From an uncultured Ruminococcus sp. (GTDB lineage Bacteria; Bacillota; Clostridia; Oscillospirales; CAG-272), in the NCBI GenBank assembly GCA_902791785.1, contig CADAXH010000001.1, forward strand, positions 1 through 39,222: a stretch of DNA of 39,222 bases, written 5' to 3'. A program made the position numbers and the translations under genes. Below, one piece after another: positions 1 through 7,953 of the stretch. The notes beneath the pieces are model-generated. The model had not been told where the DNA came from, searched no databases, and saw only the letters and a list, made by a program, of their open reading frames with translations. How positions within the stretch are numbered: position 1 is the first letter of the stretch; every line of letters starts with the position of its first letter.

Positions 1-38
1 AGACTTTCAAATCAAAAACAAATTAAAGGCGGACTATT

Positions 39-1937
39 ATGGAAAAAATAAGAATACAAGACGATTTGTACAACTATGTAAACCAGGAATGGCTCGAAAC
101 AGCAGTTATTCCTGACGGCATGCCGGCTACGGGCGGATTCAACACACTCAATGAAAAAGTTGAGAGTGACCTGATTAATGATTTCAACGAGATGATCAAA
201 TCAGGCTCATATGAAAATGATCATATCAGATACGCATGCAAACTCTTCTCTCTTTTCAAGGACACCAAAAGGCGCAACAGAGAAAAAATGCGCCCCGCAA
301 TGAAATATCTGAATAAAATAAATAAGATTCAGAACATGACGAGTTTCAACAGAAACCTGAAGGACCTTGTCCTGAACAAGTTGCCTCTGCCTTTTGATCT
401 GGACGTGACGGCGGATCTCAAGAATTCAGTAAACAACTGTCTTCTTCTCAATTCTCCTTCAACTATCCTTCCGGATTCATCCTATTACAAACCGGAAATG
501 GAACAGCAGAAGCAAATGATGCTCGGACTCTGGTCAAACATGGCAAAAATGATATTGGCCGAAACAAAACTCACCCCGGAAGAGCAGGAAGTATATCTGT
601 CCGACACACTTAAATTCGACGCACTAATCGGACCAGTTGTGCTAAGCCATGAAGACATGAGCGACTATGTCAAACTGTTCAATCACGTAAAGACAAGAAC
701 GGTATCCAGCATGGTTAAACCGGTCAAATTCAGAAAGCTTCTGACAGACCTGTTCGGAACAGTGCCTGAAGATGTTGTCGTTACGGATCTGAAGTATTTC
801 AAGGAATTCAAAAACATATTCAATGAAGAGAACTTCGAAATGTACAGACACTGGGCATATGTGATTGCTCTTCTTCAGTCCACAAGTTTCCTCAGTGAGC
901 ACCTGAGAGAAGTGGGAAGCATGTTCCGCAACGCCCTGATGGGAATTGACAAGGCTATGCCTCTTGAGAAATTCGCTTATAACGTAACAGCTGAAATATA
1001 TTCTGAACCTGTAGGTTTGTACTACGGAAAGAAATATTTCGGATATGAAGCAAGAAAAGACATTGAGTCAATTGCAAATGATATCATCAAGCAGTACATT
1101 GTCAGAGTCAACAACAGCGACATTCTTTCCGAAGAAACAAAGAAAAAAGCAGTTCTGAAACTTGAAAAGATCAATGTCAAGATGGGATTCCCGGACAATG
1201 TAGACAAGGTCTATGACTCCTATGTCTTTGATGACAGTACTTCTCTTCTTGATGTTGTCGTAAAAACCAGAAGACTTTTTACTGAACACGAATTTTCAAA
1301 ACTGTACGAAAAAGTTGACAAGAAGAAATGGCACATGGGCGGACACATCGTCAATGCAATGTACAATCCGACAGACAATGACATAACATTCCCTGCCGCT
1401 ATTCTTCAGCCGCCTTTCTATTCAATAAAGCAGTCCAGAAGTGCTAACCTGGGCGGCATCGGTGCCGTAATAGGCCATGAGATTTCCCATGCGTTTGACA
1501 ACAACGGCGCAAAATGCGATGAAAACGGATGTCTGAACAACTGGTGGACAAAAGAAGACTTCAAAAAATTCAAAGCTCGTACAAAAGACATGATAAAGGA
1601 ATTTGAAGGAATCGAGCTCCCGTGGGGCAAAGTAAACAGTTCATTCATAGTCAGCGAAAACATCGCCGACAACGGAGGCATGGCAGTCACTCTCGATCTG
1701 ATGAAAAAACTAAAGAATGCTTCCTACGAAGACTACTTTATAACCTGGGCAAAAGTATGGTGTATGAAGGCAAAGCCTGAATACCTGCAGCTTCTGCTTA
1801 CAGTTGACGTTCATGCGCCTAACATACTCAGAGCAAATATGCCTCCGAGAAACTTCCCTGAATGGTACGATACATTCAAGGTTTCAAACAAAGACAAAAT
1901 GTATATTTCCCCAAAGAAACGAGTTGTTATCTGGTAA
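39..1937 (+). CDS. pepO: M13-family zinc metalloendopeptidase (PepO/neprilysin-like)
   Basis: 632-aa ORF. Has the HExxH site (VIGHEISHAF) and the downstream ENIADNGG motif typical of M13 peptidases. No N-terminal signal or TM segment, as in cytoplasmic PepO of Firmicutes. RBS-like AAAGGCGGA upstream. Confidence 0.9.
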   Translation: MEKIRIQDDLYNYVNQEWLETAVIPDGMPATGGFNTLNEKVESDLINDFNEMIKSGSYENDHIRYACKLFSLFKDTKRRNREKMRPAMKYLNKINKIQNMTSFNRNLKDLVLNKLPLPFDLDVTADLKNSVNNCLLLNSPSTILPDSSYYKPEMEQQKQMMLGLWSNMAKMILAETKLTPEEQEVYLSDTLKFDALIGPVVLSHEDMSDYVKLFNHVKTRTVSSMVKPVKFRKLLTDLFGTVPEDVVVTDLKYFKEFKNIFNEENFEMYRHWAYVIALLQSTSFLSEHLREVGSMFRNALMGIDKAMPLEKFAYNVTAEIYSEPVGLYYGKKYFGYEARKDIESIANDIIKQYIVRVNNSDILSEETKKKAVLKLEKINVKMGFPDNVDKVYDSYVFDDSTSLLDVVVKTRRLFTEHEFSKLYEKVDKKKWHMGGHIVNAMYNPTDNDITFPAAILQPPFYSIKQSRSANLGGIGAVIGHEISHAFDNNGAKCDENGCLNNWWTKEDFKKFKARTKDMIKEFEGIELPWGKVNSSFIVSENIADNGGMAVTLDLMKKLKNASYEDYFITWAKVWCMKAKPEYLQLLLTVDVHAPNILRANMPPRNFPEWYDTFKVSNKDKMYISPKKRVVIW

Positions 1938-1944
1938 AAAAAGC

Positions 1945-1975
1945 GAGCCGTCTGACCGACGGCTCACTTTTTTTT
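1945..1975. terminator. Bidirectional intrinsic terminator between convergent pepO and the TetR gene
   Basis: GAGCCGTC (1945-1952) / GACGGCTC (1958-1965) 8-bp stem with a 5-nt loop. Flanked by an A-run upstream and TTTTTTTT (1968-1975) downstream. Confidence 0.7.
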
Positions 1976-2552
1976 ACTGGCTTACCAGATGACTCTCTAC
2001 ACCTTTTAAGAACAAATCGCTTATTACCATGGCAAGTTTTTCAATCGGCTCAGTCCTTCCTGTCTGAAGCCATTCCTGGTACACATTAAGCATTCCGGAA
2101 ATTGAATAATCTACGATAACATTCAATTCATATTCGTTGTAATTGCTTTTGCTCTTGAGTACTTTTTTAGTTTGCTCTTTCAGATATCCTACAATTTTGG
2201 ACATCAGATGCGAATTCAGATCAGAAGACAGTATTTTTTTGTAGAACTGATAATCCGAGTCCAGAAGCGAAGTAAGTCTGATCAGAACGTTATAGGGGTT
2301 ATTCATCTCATTGTTCACGTTCAGACCCTTTATTTCAGCTTTGAAGGTCATGAACAGCTCTTCTTCAATTTCACTTATTATCTCGTGAATTCCGGAGTAA
2401 TTGTTGTAGAAAGTCTTTCTGTTAATGTCTGCTTCCCTGGAAATCTCGGTTATTGTAATATCATTGACGTTTTTCCTTATAAGCAAATCAATAAATGCAT
2501 TCTTTATCGCTCTTTTGGTTTTTAATGTTCTCTTGTCTGTTTTCTTTTCCAT
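1974..2552 (-). CDS. TetR/AcrR-family transcriptional regulator (DhaS-like subgroup by resemblance)
   Basis: 192 aa. The N-terminal HTH region KRAIKNAFIDLLIRKNVNDITITEISREADINRKTFYNNY is a typical TetR_N signature. RBS AGGTGA upstream. Divergent from degV. Confidence 0.85.
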   Translation of the reverse strand: MEKKTDKRTLKTKRAIKNAFIDLLIRKNVNDITITEISREADINRKTFYNNYSGIHEIISEIEEELFMTFKAEIKGLNVNNEMNNPYNVLIRLTSLLDSDYQFYKKILSSDLNSHLMSKIVGYLKEQTKKVLKSKSNYNEYELNVIVDYSISGMLNVYQEWLQTGRTEPIEKLAMVISDLFLKGVESHLVSQ

Positions 2553-2695
2553 GCTTCACCTTTTTACACAATTATATGAATTCTTGTTGCTTATTGCCCA
2601 CAATAATATAACATGCCCATAAAATGAACTACGGTTGTAGTATAATACACACATGTGGTTTAGTCAACACAAATTATTGATTGAGAGAGGTTTTT

Positions 2696-3565
2696 ATGCT
2701 AACTCTATTTTGCGATTCCGATATGGACATGACTCCGGAGAGCTGTAAAGAATATGGATATAAAATGATAAGTATGCCTTACAGTGTAGACGGCAAAACC
2801 GTATACCCCTATGAAGACTACGATGTTTTTGACTCAAAGGCATTCTACGACACACTGAGAGCCGGTTCAATACCGACAACAAGTGCCATTTCGGAAGTAA
2901 AATACAAAGAATATTTTGAACCTGAATTTGCTGCCGGAAATGATATTCTCTATGTTCACTTCTCCGCTGCCATGACAATGACTTTTGACAACATGCACAG
3001 AGCGGTGGATGAATTGAAAGAGGCATATCCTGACAGGAAATTTTACGAAATTGATACAAAAGGAATAACAATACTGAGCAACCTGATTGCCAAGGAAGTC
3101 GGCAGATTGTTCAAAGAAGGAAAAACACTCGAGTATATCCTTGACTGGGCAAAAACTGAAGTTGACCATTATGCAGTATATTTCTTTGCGGATGATCTCA
3201 AGTTCTTCAAAAAGAGCGGCAGAGTAAGCGGACTGTCGGCTGCCATGGGCACTATGATTGGAATCAGACCAATCATAAACATGGACGCGAGCGGAAAGAT
3301 GGACAGCGTCGGAAAAGAAGTCGGACGCGCAAAAGCTCTGAAGCATCTCATTGACACCGTAAAAGAAATCGGTGATCATCCACAGGACTACAAGATTATA
3401 ATAGGTCACACAGATGCGCTTGAACTTGCAGAAACACTTGCAACAATGCTTAAAACTGAATTTGGTGATAACATAGATTATGACATAGTCGTGACAAACC
3501 CTACAACAGGTTCTCACTGCGGTCCGAATTCGGCAGGAATTGCATTCCATTCAAAACACAGATAA
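2696..3565 (+). CDS. DegV-family fatty-acid-binding protein (FakB-like)
   Basis: Start moved to the ATG at 2696 (MLTLFCDSDMD...) behind RBS GAGAGAGG. DegV-type N-terminus (CDSxxD), length about 289 aa, C-terminal GSHCGPN. Confidence 0.9.
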   Translation: MLTLFCDSDMDMTPESCKEYGYKMISMPYSVDGKTVYPYEDYDVFDSKAFYDTLRAGSIPTTSAISEVKYKEYFEPEFAAGNDILYVHFSAAMTMTFDNMHRAVDELKEAYPDRKFYEIDTKGITILSNLIAKEVGRLFKEGKTLEYILDWAKTEVDHYAVYFFADDLKFFKKSGRVSGLSAAMGTMIGIRPIINMDASGKMDSVGKEVGRAKALKHLIDTVKEIGDHPQDYKIIIGHTDALELAETLATMLKTEFGDNIDYDIVVTNPTTGSHCGPNSAGIAFHSKHR

Positions 3566-3576
3566 GTAAAAATATG

Positions 3577-3609
3577 GGTGAGATCAATTCGGTCTCACCT
3601 TTTATTTTG
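3577..3609. terminator. Bidirectional intrinsic terminator between convergent degV and the zinc-ribbon gene
   Basis: GGTGAGA (3577-3583) / TCTCACC (3593-3599) stem followed by TTTTATTTT. The complementary strand also has a T-rich tail. Confidence 0.65.
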
Positions 3610-3618
3610 TTCTTTCTT

Positions 3619-4500
3619 TTACTCTTCCAGACAATAGTACATGTATTCGCCTATGTCAATTGAACCATCCTGGTATTCTACCTCTATGTATTCGATGTCA
3701 ATGCGCTTGAGATCCTTGCACTGTCCGATCAGTTTTTTGTTCAGCCTGATTCTGTCACCCGGCCCGAAAGGCCCGACAATTTCAACACTGAAAAAAACTG
3801 AGCCTGTCTCTTCGTCTGCAATATCCTCATCATTCCCGTCTGCAAAATACACATTAAATCTTACTGCTTTTATCGTCTTCCCGGTTCTGTTTGTTGCGTT
3901 GAAACTGAAGTATACCTTACCGATTGAATTCTTTGAAAAGCCAAATGAACTGGATCCCATCATTTCTCTCATATCAACCGCATGATCACTGCACCTGTTT
4001 GTGTTTTCTTCCACTTCTTTGAAGCATCCCTGTACAACACAGGTGTGCTCAATGCAGTATTCTCCGCCTTCTATACGAAGATTTTCACAATAATAATCCT
4101 TGCACTTATGAGAGTCGCAGTAATGGTTGTTTCTGCCTTTTGAATTAAGGCATCCATCGACTTCACAGGTGTGCTTTTTGCAATACTCTCCACCTTCAAC
4201 TCTTTCGTATTCACATTTGTTGAATCGACACTTGTCTTTGTTCTGAACGCCATTCATTATTCCCGCAATACTACCGAAAGCTATGGATGCAAGAAAAAAA
4301 GCAACAACAATAATTTCCACTAAAGGCGGAACTTTTCTTTTCTTTTTCTGTCCGAGCATTTCCCGAACCTGACCCTGATCCGCAGGTACCTCGTTATGCT
4401 GCAAAACATCCTTTTTGTCTCTGACTATTTTGGCTCCGCAGTTTGGACAGAGTATTGCATCGTCGTCAACTATCTTTTTTCCGCATTTGATGCAAACCAT
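3619..4500 (-). CDS. Single-pass membrane protein: N-terminal zinc ribbon, four tandem CCCH units, beta-rich C-terminal domain (function unknown)
   Basis: 293 aa. CIKCG-x11-CPNCG zinc ribbon, KKKRK stretch, then a TM helix (residues about 60-82). C-x4-C-x10-C-x2-H units start at residues 91, 112, 133 and 154. Has its own promoter-like element and terminator. Confidence 0.75.
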   Translation of the reverse strand: MVCIKCGKKIVDDDAILCPNCGAKIVRDKKDVLQHNEVPADQGQVREMLGQKKKRKVPPLVEIIVVAFFLASIAFGSIAGIMNGVQNKDKCRFNKCEYERVEGGEYCKKHTCEVDGCLNSKGRNNHYCDSHKCKDYYCENLRIEGGEYCIEHTCVVQGCFKEVEENTNRCSDHAVDMREMMGSSSFGFSKNSIGKVYFSFNATNRTGKTIKAVRFNVYFADGNDEDIADEETGSVFFSVEIVGPFGPGDRIRLNKKLIGQCKDLKRIDIEYIEVEYQDGSIDIGEYMYYCLEE

Positions 4501-4548
4501 GAGAATGAGTCCTTTCTGAAAAATGAAACATCTTAATTCTTAATTATT

Positions 4549-4576
4549 ATTATATCATATTATTATTTCAATACAA
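4549..4576 (-). promoter_or_regulatory. Putative sigma-A promoter of the zinc-ribbon gene
   Basis: On the - strand: TTGTAT, 16-nt spacer, extended -10 TGATATAAT. Confidence 0.4.
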
Positions 4577-4601
4577 TGTTCAGTTGTGATTGACTTAACG
4601 C

Positions 4602-4634
4602 AAAAAAAAGACACAGAACCATAGTGATTCTGTG
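4602..4634 (-). terminator. Intrinsic terminator of the rpsB-tsf operon
   Basis: On the - strand: CACAGAA / TTCTGTG 7-bp stem (4612-4618 / 4628-4634) followed by TCTTTTTTTT (A-run 4602-4609 on +). Confidence 0.7.
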
Positions 4635-4655
4635 CCCGTGATTGTTTATCCGGAA

Positions 4656-5591
4656 TTATTTATTGAGCAGTTTTGCAACTTCGTCGTCGAGGTTGTCAAC
4701 TCTCTTTTCAATTCCTTCACCCTTATTGTAAATAACAAATCCAGTAATCTTGATGCTGCCGCCGAAAGCCTTAGCTGTCTGCTCAACATATTTACCTACT
4801 GTGAGAGAATCGTCTTTGATGTATGCCTGATCAACAAGGCAGTTCTCTTCATAGTATTTTCCAAGACGACCAACAGCCATCTTTTCGATGATTGCTTCAG
4901 GCTTGCTTGCGTTCTTAGGATCGTTCTTGATCTGTTCAGAAATGATTTCCTTTTCCTGTGCAATAACAGAAGCGGGAACTGAATCTCTGTCAAGATAAGG
5001 AGTTGTTGAGAAAGCGCCGAGCTGGAGTGCGATATTCTTAGCGAATTCAGCAAATCCAGGATTGCTCTTTGCCTTTTCATCAGCATCGAATTTAACGATA
5101 ACGCCTGTTGCACCATTTCCGTGAACATAAGTTGTTGTTGTTCCTTCAACTACTACAAAACGTCTTACGTCGATCTTTTCTTTTATTGTGAAGATCATGT
5201 CTTTAACTTTTTCTTCAACAGTGAATTCTGTTCCATCAAACTTCTCTGTTTTGAGAACGTCGATGTCAGCAGGATTATTCTCGAGTATTGTACGGAGAAG
5301 ACCATTTACAAATTCAACAAAAGTAGCGTTCTTTGCAACGAAGTCTGTCTCTGAGTTAACTTCAACCATAGCAACCTTGTCGCCCTTAGACATGACAGCA
5401 ACAAGTCCGTCTGCTGCAACTCTGTCAGCTTTCTTAGCAGCTACAGCCAGACCTTTTTCTCTGAGAATTACAATTGCAGCTTCTTCATCGCCGTTTGTTT
5501 CAACAAGAGCTCTTTTGCAGTCCATAAGACCAGCACCTGTTTTGTCTCTAAGTGCGCCAACCATAGCGGCTGTGATTTTTACATCTGCCAT
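4656..5591 (-). CDS. tsf: Translation elongation factor Ts
   Basis: Start set at MADVKITAAMVGALRDKTGAGLMDCKRAL (EF-Ts UBA-like N-terminus) behind RBS GGAGGA. Lies immediately downstream of rpsB, as in most bacteria. Confidence 0.95.
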   Translation of the reverse strand: MADVKITAAMVGALRDKTGAGLMDCKRALVETNGDEEAAIVILREKGLAVAAKKADRVAADGLVAVMSKGDKVAMVEVNSETDFVAKNATFVEFVNGLLRTILENNPADIDVLKTEKFDGTEFTVEEKVKDMIFTIKEKIDVRRFVVVEGTTTTYVHGNGATGVIVKFDADEKAKSNPGFAEFAKNIALQLGAFSTTPYLDRDSVPASVIAQEKEIISEQIKNDPKNASKPEAIIEKMAVGRLGKYYEENCLVDQAYIKDDSLTVGKYVEQTAKAFGGSIKITGFVIYNKGEGIEKRVDNLDDEVAKLLNK

Positions 5592-5617
5592 TTTATATTC
5601 CTCCAATTAGTTTTGAA

Positions 5618-6394
5618 TTATTCAGCTGCTTCTTCAGCTGCTTTTTCTGCCTCAGCTTCTTCTGCTGTTACAACTTCTTCTGTTTCAGCATCTTCAGCCG
5701 GAGTGTTCTGTTCGCCCTGTCTGCCTTCAATTACTGCATCAGCAAGAACAGAAGCAATGAGCTTGACGGCACGGATAGCGTCGTCGTTTCCAGGGATTAC
5801 ATAGTCTGCATCGTCAGGATCGCAGTTTGTATCAACGATAGCGATTACCGGAATTCCGAGTTTCTTAGCTTCGAGAACTGCATTGTGTTCCTTGTGAGGG
5901 TCAACTATGAAAATTGCCTGAGGAAGACCCGGCATTGTCTTGATACCGCCGAGGTTGCGTTCGAGATCTGATTTCTCTTTGAGGAGCTGAGCTACTTCTT
6001 TCTTTGGAAGCAGTGCAAATGTTCCGTCTTCTTCCATCTTTTCAAGAGCTTCAAGACGTGTGATGCTCTTCTTGATTGTCTGATAGTTTGTGAGCATACC
6101 GCCGAGCCAACGTGTATTTACATAATACATTCCGCAGCGTTCTGCTTCTTCTTTAACAGCATCAGAAGCCTGTTTCTTTGTTCCTACAAAGAGAAGGTTT
6201 CCGCCGTCTGTTGAGAGTTCTCTGACAAAACTGTAAGCTTCTTCAATTTTGGCAGCACTCTTTTCGAGGTTGATGATGTAAATTCCATTTCTTTCGGTGA
6301 AGATATATTCCTGCATTTTAGGATTCCATCTTCTTGTGTGGTGTCCGAAATGTACACCTGCTTCAAGCAACTGCTTGAGTGATACTACTGACAT
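5618..6394 (-). CDS. rpsB: 30S ribosomal protein S2
   Basis: Start set at [27 protein letters not shown] (canonical S2 N-terminus) behind RBS AAAGGAGA. The 13-codon extension in the ORF track uses a TTG inside the leader. Acidic Ala/Glu-rich C-terminal tail. Confidence 0.95.
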   Translation of the reverse strand: MSVVSLKQLLEAGVHFGHHTRRWNPKMQEYIFTERNGIYIINLEKSAAKIEEAYSFVRELSTDGGNLLFVGTKKQASDAVKEEAERCGMYYVNTRWLGGMLTNYQTIKKSITRLEALEKMEEDGTFALLPKKEVAQLLKEKSDLERNLGGIKTMPGLPQAIFIVDPHKEHNAVLEAKKLGIPVIAIVDTNCDPDDADYVIPGNDDAIRAVKLIASVLADAVIEGRQGEQNTPAEDAETEEVVTAEEAEAEKAAEEAAE

Positions 6395-6443
6395 AATATC
6401 TTTCTCCTTTAATTTTGGTTTTTTCCTCCACAATTTGTTTTCC

Positions 6444-6480
6444 TATATCTGCAAACTCAATTGAGCACCGGGCAGATATA
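6444..6480 (-). promoter_or_regulatory. Stem-loop in the rpsB 5' leader (possible regulatory structure)
   Basis: Perfect 9-nt inverted repeat TATATCTGC (6444-6452) / GCAGATATA (6472-6480). It encloses the 10-nt palindrome CTCAATTGAG. Lies between the predicted promoter and the RBS. Confidence 0.3.
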
Positions 6481-6523
6481 CAGACTGTGTGTGAAGTGAC
6501 TTCCGTCTCGCGAAAGCCGTGTC

Positions 6524-6552
6524 ATTTTATCATAAATAATTGCGACACGCAA
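6524..6552 (-). promoter_or_regulatory. Putative sigma-A promoter of rpsB-tsf
   Basis: On the - strand: TTGCGT (6547-6552), 17-nt spacer, extended -10 TGATAAAAT (-10 hexamer 6524-6529). Confidence 0.5.
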
Positions 6553-6573
6553 TATATATTTTATTATTTTTCT

Positions 6574-7176
6574 TTAGTTTTTGTTATTTTTTTGTTTTTT
6601 TCCCACAACCTGGTACATTTTCTCATTTGAAACAGCCGTTGTGACATGCAAATAATTGCCAACAATGACAGACAATTCATCAACCGGAAGCAAATCAACG
6701 AAAAGACTGTTGTCAATGCTTCCGTGGTGCGAGTTGATTTTTTCTCTGCTCATACCATGGGCAATCGTCAGACTTCCACCAGGCTTCAGGCATGAAGACA
6801 GATTCTCTATCAGTTTTTCCGGGTCAGCAAAATGAGGAAAAGCATTATATACAACTATGTTGTCATATGTATTTTCGAAATTGTGGATGACAGCATCATC
6901 GCAAATGAATTTTATGTTATGACCATTGAATTTGTCCCTGGCAATCCTAATCATTTCCGGAGATAAATCTATTGCTGTAATTTCCGTAACTCCTCTTTTT
7001 AAATAATACGGAATCAGAACTCCCGTTCCGCATGCCACATCAAGCACCTTGTTTCCTTTTTTTATTCCGGCATTCTCCATGATCAGTCCGACAATTCCGT
7101 CGTCAATTATCATGCCATCATCCCAGTGACCTGCAAGCGAATCAAAAAAGGATTTCACCTTATTTTTATCAATCAT
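6574..7176 (-). CDS. Class I SAM-dependent methyltransferase (substrate unknown)
   Basis: 200 aa. SAM-binding motif I VLDVACGTGVL and a post-I acidic residue (AIDLS). RBS GAGGGAG. Confidence 0.85.
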   Translation of the reverse strand: MIDKNKVKSFFDSLAGHWDDGMIIDDGIVGLIMENAGIKKGNKVLDVACGTGVLIPYYLKRGVTEITAIDLSPEMIRIARDKFNGHNIKFICDDAVIHNFENTYDNIVVYNAFPHFADPEKLIENLSSCLKPGGSLTIAHGMSREKINSHHGSIDNSLFVDLLPVDELSVIVGNYLHVTTAVSNEKMYQVVGKKQKNNKN

Positions 7177-7188
7177 GTTTACTCCCTC

Positions 7189-7214
7189 AAAACAAAAAGG
7201 AGGCTTGCGCCTCC
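7189..7214 (-). terminator. Intrinsic terminator downstream of the pilin-like gene
   Basis: On the - strand: GGAGGC-GCAA-GCCTCC hairpin (7199-7214) followed by TTTTTGTTTT. Confidence 0.7.
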
Positions 7215-7234
7215 CAGTTTTGTGTTGTTAGTTT

Positions 7235-7831
7235 TTATCCCTGTGCTGAGTTGTTAATGGCGTCAAGAATGTCCTTTTCAAGCTGTTCAAGCTGAGCTGA
7301 CAACTGCTTAATGTCATTTGTAGTAGCAAGATTTGAAGTGAACTTGACAACATAAGTCTTAACAATGTTCTCAACTTCTTTCGCAGTAAGGGTGTTGCCT
7401 TCACCCGGAGTGTGCTCCTTAAGAGCATCTTCAACTGCCTTCTGAACGTCTGTTCTTGTCAGGGTAGGCTGAGAAGAAATTGCTGTGTTGACAGCATTGT
7501 TAACAACTACAGTAAGCTTCTGGACCAGTTCGTCAGTGTCTATTGTGACATTTGTCGTGGTGCCTGCTGAAGTACCGAGTGTATCCTTGACTGCATCAGC
7601 AACTGCCTTCGCAATAGCGTCAGAATCCGGTTTCGAGTTTTTAATTACATCTATCAAGTCTTCATTGGATTTGATCATTGCCTCGCATGCTGCCTGCTGT
7701 TTGGCGCTTGCTTCTTTTGCAGATCTGACAACAGATACAAATGTACCAATCATTACGCCTGCAAGTACGGCAATTACAATAACTACAATTATGAGTTGCA
7801 GAAGAGTGAATCCACTTTTCTTTCCTTCCAT
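7235..7831 (-). CDS. Prepilin-type N-terminal cleavage/methylation-domain protein (type IV pilin / pseudopilin-like)
   Basis: Start set at MEGKKSG/FTLLQLIIVVIVIAVLAGV behind RBS GGAGGA. Class III signal motif G/FTLL followed by a hydrophobic helix. Position +5 is Q, not the usual E. The C-terminal about 150 aa is Ala/Val/Thr-rich and helical-looking. Confidence 0.7.
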   Translation of the reverse strand: MEGKKSGFTLLQLIIVVIVIAVLAGVMIGTFVSVVRSAKEASAKQQAACEAMIKSNEDLIDVIKNSKPDSDAIAKAVADAVKDTLGTSAGTTTNVTIDTDELVQKLTVVVNNAVNTAISSQPTLTRTDVQKAVEDALKEHTPGEGNTLTAKEVENIVKTYVVKFTSNLATTNDIKQLSAQLEQLEKDILDAINNSAQG

Positions 7832-7953
7832 ATCGTCCTCCAGAAGAATAGTTTTCTTTTTTGCGAACTGGTGAAACATCTACACCATTTCATTATAATT
7901 ATATTATGTCTTCACAACAAAAATGCTACATTTTGTATCATTTTTTGTATATT

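Noticed and set aside
5618-5725. Acidic Ala/Glu-rich C-terminal tail of ribosomal protein S2.
   Set aside because: Variable acidic C-terminal extensions of S2 are common across bacteria. It is not distinctive enough to flag.
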